Assembly: GCA_963727775.1 (NCBI GenBank)
Contig: CAVSHB010000001.1
Span: forward strand, 544,001-608,000
Direction: 5' to 3'
From: an uncultured Nitrospiraceae bacterium
GTDB taxonomy: Bacteria; Nitrospirota; Thermodesulfovibrionia; Thermodesulfovibrionales; SM23-35
DNA length: 64,000 bases
This document shows, one piece after another, positions 11,983 to 23,428 of the stretch; position 1 is the stretch's first letter, and every line of letters begins with the position of its first letter. The notes under the pieces were generated by a model that was not told the origin of the DNA, did not search any database, and saw nothing but the letters and a program-made list of their open reading frames with translations. The translations under genes were made by a program, and so were the position numbers.

Positions 11983-13197
11983 ATGAAAGTACTTTTCCTC
12001 AATCCCTGGGACCGCCTGATAGGGCCGAACCGTTACCTTATTGAGATGTTGCGCTGTTTGCCGGAATTGGCAAGGCGATCAACTGTAGTGTTTCACGAGA
12101 AAAACGCTGCCATGGATGATTATGTAAGCGCAGGGTGCCGGGTTTTAATATGCCCGGAGATCACACAGATACGCGCCCGGTTTTCTTTAGATAATATAGG
12201 GGAATTAATCCTGAGACATTCCTTAGGGTTATCGAAGTTAATAAAATTAGTGCGCTATGTCAAGCCTGATCTTGTTGTAAGCAATACGGAGCAGCTTTTA
12301 ATGGGAGATATTGTATCCGGGATTTTCGGTATAAGACATATCAAAATATTTCATGCGATGACTTTTGCCTATCGATTAGGACACAGGCCTAAGATCATGA
12401 AGGCATACCTGAAAGCCTTGACATTCGGAAGTTATAAAGTCGTAGCAGTCTCGGATACCTTACGGAAGGCCCTGATTTCCGGAGGCGTCAAAGAAGAAAA
12501 AGTTGTGACTGTGCCGAATCCGATTCCAGTTGATGCATTAAGAACATTCTCAGGAGAAATTCCTCCAAACATCCGGCGCATACTCGATGATCACAATCCG
12601 GTACTTCTGAGCGCTGGACAATTCTTTCCAAAGAAAGGGCAGGACCAATTAATAGAGGCTTTGCCCAGCATGCGAAAGATTTTCCCGGACCTCGTCTGCA
12701 TTTTTGCAGGCAAGACAGGTGAAAGCAGCGGAGCGGAAAACACGGAGAAATACTATCATTCGTTATTGACTCGTGTTGACGAATTGGGATTGAAAGACGC
12801 CATTCTATTCGCCGGTGAGGTTGATTATCTGCCATTATTAATGGGGCGGGCTGATGTCTACGTCCAGACCTCATGGACAGAGTCATTTAATCGGGCGGCT
12901 GCGGAGGCGCTTGTCTGCGGTGCGCCTGTCGTAGCATATAATGCAGGCGCAACAGGAGAAGTCACCGGACTGGGCGCAATATTAGTGAAACCTGGAGACA
13001 AAGAAGGTCTTGCCGGCGCTGTTGTGGAGCTTTTGCAGCACCCGCAGTTAAGGAAACAGATGGCCGTCAGCGGTGCTGAACATGTAGCGGCCCGTTTCGA
13101 TGCCGCGAAGGTCGCGGGGCGCTTTGAAAAGCTGTTGGAAACAGAGTCAAATGCAGAAGATATAAACCGGTGCTCTTGCAAAATCAATAGGAACTAA
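11983..13197 (+). CDS. Glycosyltransferase family 4
   Basis: KKGQDQLIEA; QTSWTESFNRAAAEALVCGAP. Confidence 0.88.
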   Translation: MKVLFLNPWDRLIGPNRYLIEMLRCLPELARRSTVVFHEKNAAMDDYVSAGCRVLICPEITQIRARFSLDNIGELILRHSLGLSKLIKLVRYVKPDLVVSNTEQLLMGDIVSGIFGIRHIKIFHAMTFAYRLGHRPKIMKAYLKALTFGSYKVVAVSDTLRKALISGGVKEEKVVTVPNPIPVDALRTFSGEIPPNIRRILDDHNPVLLSAGQFFPKKGQDQLIEALPSMRKIFPDLVCIFAGKTGESSGAENTEKYYHSLLTRVDELGLKDAILFAGEVDYLPLLMGRADVYVQTSWTESFNRAAAEALVCGAPVVAYNAGATGEVTGLGAILVKPGDKEGLAGAVVELLQHPQLRKQMAVSGAEHVAARFDAAKVAGRFEKLLETESNAEDINRCSCKINRN

Positions 13198-15260
13198 TGA
13201 TGAAACTACTTTACTTCGACACCTGGCGTCAAACACCGGACCCTCTGCCTTTTCCGGGGTGCATTACAGTACGGGTGATGAGCGCCTGTACTCCCGGCGA
13301 ACAGTCTTTTATGCGTTTGAAAGTATCGAAGACGGTACTCATCAATGATATTCTCAAACGCAGTAAAAGAGCTGTAAAACGCGCTTTTCAATATTCAAAG
13401 GCTATCGGCGCCTTAAGAACCATGGCCAAGGTCCGCTCGAATATCCTGGAATACCAAAGCCGGATGCTGGATACCATGGCCGCTGTATCCGGCATCGTTA
13501 CAGAGTCGCAAGATCCTTCAATCCCAATTGGTGCAAGGATTGCCGGGTTCCGAAAAGGCCACCCTTTATATGCAGATATCCTGCTGCTCCATCCTGAACA
13601 GATAGCTGACGTCCCGGACGGAATATCCTTTGAAGATGCGGCAACGGTAGTATATTATGCCTTTGCTTTTAATGCGCTCTGCCGTATTCAGAATGACTTC
13701 CCAACTGATGTGCCGATTATTATCTGTGGTGATTCACTTTCATGCCGCATCCTCAGGCAGTTATTACTGGACTCTCACAGGCAGATTGATTACATCGCCA
13801 AATATAAAGACAAACCGGCTCACATAGAGAATAAGACTCAAGAAGGTGCTGTGGCTGTGATAGGAAGCAAAGACTGGCTCAAATATTTAAGAGGAAAGAC
13901 AACCGGGAATCATGCATATTCTATGGGCTTGCACGCAGACAATTTGCGGACTGAAGAATGGCAGGAGTTGCAGCGTAACTGGATTGGTCTGCCACCTTCG
14001 TCATTGAAGAATCTCGATATCTTCAGCCGTATCCCACTTGAGCTGCCTGAGTATGTGAGCAGTAGGGGGCTTCATGATGCATTGGTCGATATGGGGAAGC
14101 GCGCCTGGTCCCCGAGTTCTTTCTTGATCCCCTGTGATCTTCAGATGCTAAAGAGAACACAACGTTGTTTTTGGAAAATGCTTATACCATCAAAGGCGGC
14201 AGAGCAGCACAAAATCCGTTAAGTGTCGTCAGAAGAAAAGAGCCTGAAGCCGGTAATGAACAGTCCCTCCGGGTGGGCTTTGTGGGGCTTGGATTATGGG
14301 CAAGAGGCAATCTGATACCTTTTCTGCTGAAAGACAAACGTGTGAGAATTGCAATGGGCGCGGACAGGGACCCTATCAGGCTGCATCAGGCTGCGGATAT
14401 GTTTGACATCCCGCTGATTTGCAGTGATCCTGAAGAATTGTGCAACAGCAAAGAAGTCGACGCCGTATTTATTTCCACATGGCATGATGCGCATGCCGAG
14501 ATAGCATCCATGGCGCTGAGGGCGAAAAAGAAGGTCTTTGTGGAAAAACCGCCTGTTGTGGATTATAATCAACTTCGAAATCTCGTTTCCTCTCTCAAAG
14601 ATAATCCGGGGTCTTTTCTCGCGGTGGGCTACAATAGAATCCACTCCGCTCTCACGAAGGTTATGCGCCCCGAAATCTCCAAAGATAAAGGTCCGATTAC
14701 TTTCACGGCGATTGTTCGTGAACCCACGATTCCGCGCACACACTATTATTACTGGCCACATCAGGGTTCCCGCATAATCGGGAACAGTTGCCATTGGATC
14801 GATTATGCTTTTTATTTACTGCTGCCCAGAATACCGAAAGATATACAGGTGGTTTCAGCATTTTCAGAAAATGCCCAGGACAACAACGTAATAATCATGC
14901 GGTATGACGACGGGTCTTTGGTGAGTCTGACATTTACCGACCGAGGTGAGTCATTGATAAACGGTGATGAATATATAGACATAAAATTACAGGGTGCCCA
15001 GTACATGGTCCATGACTTTAAAACCTGTCACAGGTACAAAGAGGGAAATCTCGATAAAATCTGGCAAAGCAAGGCCGATCGCGGATGGGAACAGGAAATG
15101 CACGACGTTGTGGAGGGTATGTTTTCAGGAAAACCGCCGAGGGATTATTCCGAGATTATTACATCCGCTGTTCTTATACTTGAGGCGAAACACTCTTTTG
15201 AAAAAAGGGGAGAGAAAAGAGATCTTAGCTCCCGAAATTCTGAGGGAGTTTATTTAAACC
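13197..15260 (+). CDS. Divergent bi-domain oxidoreductase (degenerate Zn-ADH-like N-half plus Gfo/Idh/MocA domain), frameshift near 14160; 3' boundary approximate
   Basis: SACTPGEQ and VPDGISFEDAA echo the ADH-like half of 23429-25627; RVGFVGLGLW, STWHDAH, KVFVEKP, VGYNR and GNSCHWID are Gfo/Idh/MocA motifs. Confidence 0.65.
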
Positions 15261-15262
15261 GC

Positions 15263-16135
15263 ATGAGTGACTTTATCTTGTCCCTTTCATTTCTCAAGCG
15301 TCTGTTTATGGACCAAAAGCATATCAGAGACTCTAAATGGAAAACTCTCTATAAAAACACACAGACTAATAAAGATATCCCGCTTTTTCGCGATAGAGAG
15401 ATTGAACTCACTGAATATTTCAGACTCTCAAAGAGAGAGCTTTGGAAAATATATCTCTCAAAAGGTTTTCCAAACACTAAGAAATATAAAAATTATGTCG
15501 CTTCTTTTTTTGAAGGCCGTACAAGGTATGGGGAATTAAAAACTGCTTATGAGGGAGCGGCATTATTTTATTCAATACGATTAATGCTTGCTTACGAACG
15601 CTATTCGATGGTGACGGCATATCTTGAAAAATTATTTGAACTTTTTGGGAAAGCAACTCATTCCCTGAATGGGATAATGATTTTGGAATATGGATGCGGG
15701 GTTTCTGATATTGGATTGCTTCTGTCTTTGCTTGGAGCAGATGTTACCATATGTGATCTTTCAGATAGGAAATTATCCTTTGCTGAATGGAGATATCGGG
15801 TAAGGAATAAAAAAGTAAAAGTTATAGCTATTGATGATGCCGAATATATACCTGATCTTGGCCGTAACAGATATAATCTTATAGTCACGACAGAAGTGTT
15901 CGAACACGTCAGAAATCCTCTGAAGCTTTTAGAGGAGATTACAAAAAGTCTCTGTCCAGGGGGATTGTTTTTTGATAGTATGGGGGGCGAATTTGAAAGA
16001 GAAGTTCAAGGGGACCACTTAGCGGAGGCTATTGAGATTGGGAACTCGGAGAGCTATCGTTATTTTTATCAAAGAAACTATCTCCCCATAAAAGTGGCCG
16101 GTGAATCAACTTTTCTTTTCCAGTATAAGGGATAA
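15263..16135 (+). CDS. Class I SAM-dependent methyltransferase (in frame with the upstream oxidoreductase in this assembly)
   Basis: ILEYGCGVS, LIVTTEVFEHVRNP, SLCPGGL; possible own starts at MSDFIL or MDQKH. Confidence 0.75.
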   Translation: MSDFILSLSFLKRLFMDQKHIRDSKWKTLYKNTQTNKDIPLFRDREIELTEYFRLSKRELWKIYLSKGFPNTKKYKNYVASFFEGRTRYGELKTAYEGAALFYSIRLMLAYERYSMVTAYLEKLFELFGKATHSLNGIMILEYGCGVSDIGLLLSLLGADVTICDLSDRKLSFAEWRYRVRNKKVKVIAIDDAEYIPDLGRNRYNLIVTTEVFEHVRNPLKLLEEITKSLCPGGLFFDSMGGEFEREVQGDHLAEAIEIGNSESYRYFYQRNYLPIKVAGESTFLFQYKG

Positions 16136-16138
16136 ATA

Positions 16139-17297
16139 ATGAAAGTTTGCATGCTTGCAGAAAAATTTCCTCCTGAATTTACCGGTTCAGGCCAGCAGGC
16201 GATGTACCTTTCGAAGGCTTTAAAAGATAGGGATATACAGGTGGTTGGTCTATGCTCATATCCTTCCAAAAAGACGGTTATCGATTATTCTGAGTTGTTT
16301 CCGATTGTTCGACTGAAGTCATCGCCGCACGAAAGGGTGCGTCCTTTTGAATTTGTCTTAAGATCCGTAGTCTGGCTATTTATGAATAGAAAAAAGTTCG
16401 ATATATTGCACGTGCATGGCTATTGCTTAGCGGCTATCCCTGCCATGCTGATAGCTAAATTATTCGGGAAAAAATCTGTTTACAAAATAACGCTTCCCGG
16501 TGAAGACGACCCCCGTGCTCTTTATCAGTCAAGATTCGGTCGAATAAAAAATATTTTTATAGATAAATTCGATGCATTTGTAGTTATCTCAACCAGAGTT
16601 TTGAAAGTCGTCAAAGATTTTGGGAAAATGCCGTCTAAGGTTGTGATGATTTCGAATGGTGTCGACAATAAATTTTGTGTCGATCAGCGTGCCTCTGCAG
16701 AAGCAAAACGGGTCTTTGTCAGAAAAATATAGACTTAATCCTGACTGTAGGATAATCTCATATGTGGGTTCTATAGAATACAGGAAAGGGACTGATGTTT
16801 TGGCTAAAGCCTGGCCTTTAATTATCGAGAAGGTACCTGAAGCACGTCTCTTTCTGGCGGGACCATGTTTCAAGAACACGGAATTTTACCGGCAGCTTGA
16901 GGGACTTCTTGACATGCATATTGGTAAAACAGTTTTTTTTGAGGGGAATGTCAGCAATCCTGAACTCTACTATCGCTCCTGTGATGTTTTTGTATTTCCG
17001 TCAAGAAATGAAGCTTTTGCAAACGTTCCTGTAGAGGCGATGGCTTGTGGAGCGGCATGTGTTTTAACAAGAATTGAAGGTTATACAGAAGATGTACTGA
17101 TAGATGGATATAATGGTCTGATCGTCGAGCAGGAGCATTATGGGGCTTTGGCGGATGCGGTCCTTTCCCTCCTCGGAAATTCGGAATGGAGGGACCGCAT
17201 TGCCGGTAATGCAAACAGGACGATTGAGGAGAAATTCCGTATTGAACGCGTGGCAGACAGGTATATTGAGTTGTATGACGGTTTACTCAATTCTTGA
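16139..17297 (+). CDS. Glycosyltransferase family 4, frameshift near 16725
   Basis: MKVCMLAEKFPP..GSGQQ; second frame YVGSIEYRKG and FPSRNEAFANVPVEAMACG; shift at an A run. Confidence 0.85.
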
Positions 17298-17341
17298 ATG
17301 GGCAAGAAAACAGTGCTGTTTTGGCTGAAAGCGAGGGAGAT

Positions 17342-18289
17342 ATGGTACCGCCTGTTTTGGCGATTGTTGTGCCTGCATATAATGAGGAAGCAGTCCTTGA
17401 GGAGACAGCTGCTAAGATCGTCTCAGCGCTTGATGAGCTGAAGGCTAAATCCACGGTTCATTCCTCCAGTTTCGTTTATTTTGTCGATGATGGAAGCAGG
17501 GACAGGACATGGGAGATCATCGCAAAACTCCATAAGGAGAAAAGCGTTGTCAAAGGTCTGAAATTATCACGGAATACAGGTCATCAAAATGCTCTCCTCG
17601 CCGGCTTGCTTCAGGTTAAAGACCGGATTGACTGTGTCATCAGCATGGATGCAGATCTGCAGGATGATGTATCAATAATAGAGACCATGGTGGACCGCTT
17701 CTCTGAAGGGTACGAAGTAGTATACGGAGTAAGGAAAGAACGTGACAACGACTCATTTTTTAAGAAATTTACTGCCCTTTTCTTTTATAAGCTGATGCAG
17801 TGGATGGGCGTTGAGTTGGTTTACAATCATGCCGACTGTCGGCTCGCGAGCAGAAGAGTTATAGACTCTTTGTCAGATTTCAGAGAGGTAAATCTCTTTC
17901 TCAGAGGGATTTTCCCTTTGATCGGTTTCAAATCGACGGAGGTTAACTACAACCGAAAAAAACGACTTGCAGGGCAGTCCAAATACCCCTTGGGAAAGAT
18001 GATCTCCTTTGCCCTGACCGGCATCACCTCCTTTAGCGTTGCCCCGCTGCGGATGGTGACGGTCATCGGCTTCATCATTTCCTTTTTGACTCTGCTAATG
18101 AGCATATGGGTGTTGTTCGGATATCTCCGTGGCAATGTTGTTCCCGGATGGGCATCGACAGTACTTCCCTTCTATCTTCTCGGAGGTTTTCAGATCCTCA
18201 GCATCGGATTAATCGGCGAATATATAGCGAAGATTTACAAAGAAGTGAAGGCGAGACCGCGCTTTATTAAAGACACGGAACTCTTTTGA
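17342..18289 (+). CDS. GT2 polyprenol-phosphate glycosyltransferase (GtrB/YkoT-like)
   Basis: VVPAYNEE, FVDDGSRD, LSRNTGHQNALLAG, MDADLQD, two C-terminal TM helices, KARPRF; GAGGGAG RBS before 17342. Confidence 0.9.
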   Translation: MVPPVLAIVVPAYNEEAVLEETAAKIVSALDELKAKSTVHSSSFVYFVDDGSRDRTWEIIAKLHKEKSVVKGLKLSRNTGHQNALLAGLLQVKDRIDCVISMDADLQDDVSIIETMVDRFSEGYEVVYGVRKERDNDSFFKKFTALFFYKLMQWMGVELVYNHADCRLASRRVIDSLSDFREVNLFLRGIFPLIGFKSTEVNYNRKKRLAGQSKYPLGKMISFALTGITSFSVAPLRMVTVIGFIISFLTLLMSIWVLFGYLRGNVVPGWASTVLPFYLLGGFQILSIGLIGEYIAKIYKEVKARPRFIKDTELF

Positions 18290-18290
18290 A

Positions 18291-18968
18291 ATGAAGAAAG
18301 TCGACTTCGATGAATACGCTGAGAAGTATGACACCCTTCTTCAAAACCAGTTGCATTTCTTTGATGAGGTCGACTATTTTGCTGAATATAAGGTAAAAAC
18401 CATTCGCAGTGCTATAAAGAAAAGCCCTCAGAAGATTCTCGAATACGGCTGCGGAATAGGCAGAAACCTACGGTTCCTACGCGCTTTGTTTCCTGAGGCA
18501 GAGATATATGGATGTGACACGTCGGAAAAGAGCATCGAGAGGACGGCAAAAGAGAACCCTTCTGTACACGTTTTCCTGCTTGGTAATGACCGATCAAGGC
18601 ATCATGAGAAATTCGATCTGATTGTCGTAGCGAATGTGCTACATCATATTCCGCCGGAAGACAGGGAGAATACCATGTCCCTGCTTTCCGAATGGCTTGA
18701 GAGAGACGGAAATCTCTTTATTTTTGAGCATAACCCTTATAACCCCGTTACCCGTCATTTGGTAAATACCTGTCCCTTTGACGAGGATGCTGTCCTTTTG
18801 AACCTTGGCGAGGTAAAATCGTTGCTTCTGAAATATGGACTCAGGATTATTTCGCAAAGCTATATCCTTTTCTTCCCGTCTTTCTTGAAGAGGCTGCGTT
18901 TTCTTGAAAAATATCTGGTTCACTTGCCGTTGGGAGGCCAATTCTTTGTTCACGCATCCAAGCCATAA
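18291..18968 (+). CDS. Class I SAM-dependent methyltransferase
   Basis: ILEYGCGIG, ANVLHHIP, FEHNPYNP. Confidence 0.88.
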   Translation: MKKVDFDEYAEKYDTLLQNQLHFFDEVDYFAEYKVKTIRSAIKKSPQKILEYGCGIGRNLRFLRALFPEAEIYGCDTSEKSIERTAKENPSVHVFLLGNDRSRHHEKFDLIVVANVLHHIPPEDRENTMSLLSEWLERDGNLFIFEHNPYNPVTRHLVNTCPFDEDAVLLNLGEVKSLLLKYGLRIISQSYILFFPSFLKRLRFLEKYLVHLPLGGQFFVHASKP

Positions 18969-18987
18969 TCAGCATGGAGGCAGATCC

Positions 18988-20832
18988 ATGTTCTCCAGAG
19001 CATTCTTGAATAAGGTGTACATTGCGGTTCTCTCTCTCAGCATCCTTGCGATTTACGCCTATCCTTATGCCGCAACGTGGTCAAGCCTCGGTAAATCCAG
19101 CGTGCCCCCATCATTCTTCGCAGATCTTTATCTGTATATGAATTTATCAAACCTTCAAGAAACAGGTGATGCGGGTGATAAGAAAGTTATCAATCCTTGG
19201 TATAAGACTGAAGTCCCATCTGGGCAACTGGTTCATCTCAAATTTGGTGCAACCTATCGAATGTTCTCTGTTTTTAGAAAATTACTCGGCGGACACTGGG
19301 GGGTTACTTTGTTAGTCTGGAACCTTCTCTGGATGTTCCTGATCATAACTTCTGCATGTTTTTTTTTCAGAGCAGTCTGCGGACCGCAAAGCACGATCTT
19401 ATTATGTTTGGGCCTCTCTCTATTGCTGCTTTTCAATTTCCCTTATCTTAAACAAACCATCCTTGCGATCTCCTCAATTTGGGCAGGCAATTCCTCATTT
19501 TCACTGGAATTGCCTTATATTCGATCATTTTTTCCACAGGCAGTCATCCCTTTTATTCTGCTTTATCTCGGTGTTCAGCTCTATGCATTGAGAACTGATA
19601 AAGTCCGGTATTGGCTTGGCATGCTGATTATACAGTTTATCGCATTCTTCATCTTCCCTTTTGCCGTACCCCTGATGCTTGGGGCAACCTGCCTTGCATG
19701 CATAGGTCTTTACGGACGGAGGGGATTATTTCGCAGACTTATGAAATGCGCCGGATATTTATTTTGGACCGGCGTTATTTACTTTGTTTTTTTTCAGGGG
19801 AGCATGCCGAGTCATGGAATTGCGGGCGGAGAGGGCATGGGAAACCCCATCGCCTTTGATGTATCACGTTTTGAAAAGATTTTTCACGGTATCGGCGTCT
19901 ACTGGACATTTATGGTTTTGCTTGCGGTGATGGTTGCTCTTATGAGGGAGGAGGAAAGCCCTGAAGTGAAATGGACTGTCGTGGGCGCAGGGTTCGCTAA
20001 CAGTATTTTTCTCTTTAGTGATGTGGCTTTTTCACCTGTTTGGCTCATATCGGCTCATATGGAATACTTCATGCATTTCTCTACAACCCTCCTTGCGGTA
20101 TATGCTATCTCAAAGGCTTTCAAACGATCCTCCGCACTTTATGGAGTGTCTAAGTTGGCCGTCATTGTGATAATACTGATTACAGTTGCGCAGGGTATTT
20201 ATGCGGCGGACCAAACATATCGAAGACATTTGGCTTCTAATGAAGCCCAAGCTACCCTAGAAAGTTTTTTTGAGCGTGAGTCGCTGAATAGTCATGATCT
20301 TATCATCTGCGAGCCCTTTGCGCCGGCTGGATGGATCCCTCTGTTACACGAGAGCCAGGTTCTCTTCAGCCAGCAGGCATATCATATCTTGACAAGAGGA
20401 CAACGTGAGAATATCCAACGGTCTCGGGAGGCTTTATACTTGTATCTGACCGGGATGGACATAGAGTCATTGGAACAAAGACTATCGGACTATCACAGGA
20501 TTACAGAATTCCCGTATCTGTTAGCTTCAGAGAATAAGGCCTTTCTATGGTATGATTTGAAGGAGAGCAAAGAGATAGTGTCTAAAATTGTTACAGATCT
20601 TCGTCCCTTTTTCAAGAAGGTGAAGGAAAGAGATAAAGAAGTAGAAGGGTTCTTTCGCCAATTTAAGAGAATCTTTGTCGTTGAAAGTGTCGGCAAGCCG
20701 GTTTTTCAGAGAGAGAAGTTGGGTGTGTATATGAGTGTGGAGGAAAGTCGCAGTCTCCAGGGCTTTTCAATAAGGATTGCTAAACCGCTGAATCTGCAAT
20801 CCAATGTGCGTCACACGCCTTTAAGGGGATAA
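18988..20832 (+). CDS. Multi-pass membrane protein, possibly a GT-C glycosyltransferase
   Basis: About 10 hydrophobic segments plus a soluble C-terminal domain; GGAGG RBS; adjacent to the GtrB-like gene. Confidence 0.55.
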   Translation: MFSRAFLNKVYIAVLSLSILAIYAYPYAATWSSLGKSSVPPSFFADLYLYMNLSNLQETGDAGDKKVINPWYKTEVPSGQLVHLKFGATYRMFSVFRKLLGGHWGVTLLVWNLLWMFLIITSACFFFRAVCGPQSTILLCLGLSLLLLFNFPYLKQTILAISSIWAGNSSFSLELPYIRSFFPQAVIPFILLYLGVQLYALRTDKVRYWLGMLIIQFIAFFIFPFAVPLMLGATCLACIGLYGRRGLFRRLMKCAGYLFWTGVIYFVFFQGSMPSHGIAGGEGMGNPIAFDVSRFEKIFHGIGVYWTFMVLLAVMVALMREEESPEVKWTVVGAGFANSIFLFSDVAFSPVWLISAHMEYFMHFSTTLLAVYAISKAFKRSSALYGVSKLAVIVIILITVAQGIYAADQTYRRHLASNEAQATLESFFERESLNSHDLIICEPFAPAGWIPLLHESQVLFSQQAYHILTRGQRENIQRSREALYLYLTGMDIESLEQRLSDYHRITEFPYLLASENKAFLWYDLKESKEIVSKIVTDLRPFFKKVKERDKEVEGFFRQFKRIFVVESVGKPVFQREKLGVYMSVEESRSLQGFSIRIAKPLNLQSNVRHTPLRG

Positions 20833-20841
20833 TAGGCAGAG

Positions 20842-21594
20842 ATGCTATCATTCATAAAGAATTTGTTTCCAAACGTCATGGTTTGGCTGTTCCTCCTGAA
20901 TTTATTCTTTCTGTGGGCAGCAGTAAGAAGAAAACGCAATGTCTTGAAATGGAGAATTCTTTTTCTGGCGGATCTTGGGCTGATATGCATTAGACCGGTG
21001 GCTGAAACTTTTCTCAGGCCGCTGGAAGCGTTTTATGCAACCCCTTCGATCACCGAACTCAAAGGGAAAGGAATAAAACGGGTTGTGGTGTTGACCGGCG
21101 GAGGATACGACCTGCGTGGCGAAATGCTCTCATTTACCTTGCCCCATGCTTCCATGTATAGGTTCATGGGCGGACTGGAACTATGTAACAGACTGGGACC
21201 CGCATGCACAGTCGTTTTTTCTGGGACATCGGGCGGACAGAATGGGATAACGACTGCGTCTTATATGGAAGGACTTGTGCGCATCCTGTCACCCGGGCGA
21301 AAGGTCATTTCTGAGTCGCGGTCGGGAAGCACGTCCGAACATCCCATTAACGTCAAGCCTTTGGTTGGCAAGGAACCTTTTGTACTTGTAACCTCGGCAT
21401 ACCATATGCCGAGGAGTGTTAAAGCTTTCAGAAAGGCGGGACTGGACCCAATCCCTTATCCTGTTGATTTTTTTGTGATGGGACATTATGGTTGGAACGA
21501 CCTCCTCCCGTCAGCGGAAAGTCTCTGGAAGATTCAAATCGGCATTCATGAATATATCGGATTGTTATATTATGAAGTGAAAGGGTATATCTGA
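20842..21594 (+). CDS. YdcF/ElyC (DUF218) family protein
   Basis: VVLTGGG, ESRSGSTSE, LVTSAYHMPRS, PIPYPVDF, HEYIG. Confidence 0.88.
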   Translation: MLSFIKNLFPNVMVWLFLLNLFFLWAAVRRKRNVLKWRILFLADLGLICIRPVAETFLRPLEAFYATPSITELKGKGIKRVVVLTGGGYDLRGEMLSFTLPHASMYRFMGGLELCNRLGPACTVVFSGTSGGQNGITTASYMEGLVRILSPGRKVISESRSGSTSEHPINVKPLVGKEPFVLVTSAYHMPRSVKAFRKAGLDPIPYPVDFFVMGHYGWNDLLPSAESLWKIQIGIHEYIGLLYYEVKGYI

Positions 21595-21664
21595 TGAAGA
21601 CAGCTATACAATTGTCGTTCTTGCTACCTAATTCAGGCATGTTTAATATATTAACCATGGATTA

Positions 21665-23359
21665 ATGAGAAGAAACATGAAGAAGTATGCATTCCTGAAT
21701 TACAATTATTCTTTGGTTCTTATTCTATTCTGCGGTTTTTTGTTACGGATAATCGGGGTTAATTTCGGCCTGCCGTTTCTTTATTATCCTGATGAGTATC
21801 ACCTCATAGAACATGCTCTTCAGTTCGGCACCGGGGATCTCAATCCGCGTTTTTTTGACTGGCCAGCTAATGTCATTATGTATTTCTATTTCATCCTCTA
21901 CGGACTGTATTATGTTGTACTGAAGTTGACAGGCTCAATTCACTCTCCCACGGACTTTGCGTTAATGTTCTGGAAGGATCCGACGACCTTCTATTTAATT
22001 GCGCGCTCCCTTACCGCTGTCGTTAGCACATTCAGTATATATCTAACGTACAAAATCGGTGAGTTGGTATATGGGAAAAAGGCAGGAATAATTTCTGCCC
22101 TTTTTATAGCTTTGAGTTATCTCTACGTCCGGGACTCGCATTACGCAATGTGCGATATTTATTTGATTTTTTTTCTTTTACTTTCAGTATTCTTTTTTCT
22201 GAGATTTTCGCAAAGCTCAAAGTGGAAACACTTGATTATAGCCTCGGTGTTTTGGGGGCTGGCGACAGCTTCAAAATATGGTGGAAGCATGCTGTTTCTC
22301 ACTCTTGTCGTATCAGTTGGAGCCAATTATAGAGCGATCCAAAAAAGATTTGATGGAAGAGCGCTTGCCATAATCGTTGTTTGCAGTCTCATTGCGGTCG
22401 TGACCTTTTTTATAGTTACGCCTTATGCTTTGCTCGATTATGATAGATTTATCAAGACTTTTTTATTTATGAGAGAGTATATTCAAGGAAATTTTGGTGG
22501 ATACCAAGGTGTGAAATTAGGTTTTCACGTTGAATATAGCGGCTATCTTTGGTTATTTACACAAGTGATTCCTCAAGCGGTAGGAGTTTTTTCGGCAGTG
22601 TTTCTTATTGCCGGAACTCTGTATTCATTAGCCGAAAAAAGAGAAAGGAAATGGATATTGGCCTCATTTCCGATTGCGTTTTATCTTCTGGTGTTGGGCC
22701 CGATTAATATCTTTTTCCCCCGTTACGCATTTCCGTTGCTGCCATTTATGTCCATATGGGGTGCGACTTTTCTGTTGACCATGTTGGAAAAGATGCCGGT
22801 TAGTCGTGTAGTTAAGAGGGTCGTTCTCGTCGTTTTTTTAATGCTTCTCTTAGGAAATCCTCTCGTGCGAATTATCAGACTTGATATGGCGCTGTCTGGA
22901 ACTGATACCCGAACACAGGCACGCAACTGGATCTTAACGAATATTCCAGCAGGTAAAAAAATCGCGCTTGAATCATTTGAAAATTCGCCTCAGTTTGAAA
23001 GTAAGGGACAATATCTGCTCCGTTTCCTTGATCAAAATAATAAGTATATCAAGTACATGAAGGTAGATGCCCCAAGAACAAAATACGACTTTGATTATAT
23101 GTGGACTCATAATCAATGTCCGACTACCGACATATTGCGCAGGGATGGTGTGGATTATATTGTCCTAAGCTCTCATAATTATGGAAGATATTTTACCAAT
23201 TACGCAACGCTCAACTATCCAAATAAACCGGAACGAGTTTTTTACCAAGAAGTGATGAATAGTCTCCCGCTAATTAAGGAATTTAAGCAACCAGCTTCTT
23301 TGGATTCAGATAGGTTTCATTCTCCAAGTCCGACGATAAAGATATATGTGTTACATTAG
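21665..23359 (+). CDS. ArnT/PMT-like (GT-C) lipid-carrier-dependent glycosyltransferase
   Basis: FGLPFLYYPDE, GDLNPRFF, GLATASKY, PRYAFPLLP, DTRTQARNWI; many TM segments. Confidence 0.85.
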   Translation: MRRNMKKYAFLNYNYSLVLILFCGFLLRIIGVNFGLPFLYYPDEYHLIEHALQFGTGDLNPRFFDWPANVIMYFYFILYGLYYVVLKLTGSIHSPTDFALMFWKDPTTFYLIARSLTAVVSTFSIYLTYKIGELVYGKKAGIISALFIALSYLYVRDSHYAMCDIYLIFFLLLSVFFFLRFSQSSKWKHLIIASVFWGLATASKYGGSMLFLTLVVSVGANYRAIQKRFDGRALAIIVVCSLIAVVTFFIVTPYALLDYDRFIKTFLFMREYIQGNFGGYQGVKLGFHVEYSGYLWLFTQVIPQAVGVFSAVFLIAGTLYSLAEKRERKWILASFPIAFYLLVLGPINIFFPRYAFPLLPFMSIWGATFLLTMLEKMPVSRVVKRVVLVVFLMLLLGNPLVRIIRLDMALSGTDTRTQARNWILTNIPAGKKIALESFENSPQFESKGQYLLRFLDQNNKYIKYMKVDAPRTKYDFDYMWTHNQCPTTDILRRDGVDYIVLSSHNYGRYFTNYATLNYPNKPERVFYQEVMNSLPLIKEFKQPASLDSDRFHSPSPTIKIYVLH

Positions 23360-23428
23360 CTTCGGAGACAAGACTTTGAGGTGCATTTTTTTTATAGTCA
23401 AGAATGATGGGAAACGTTACAACTGAAC

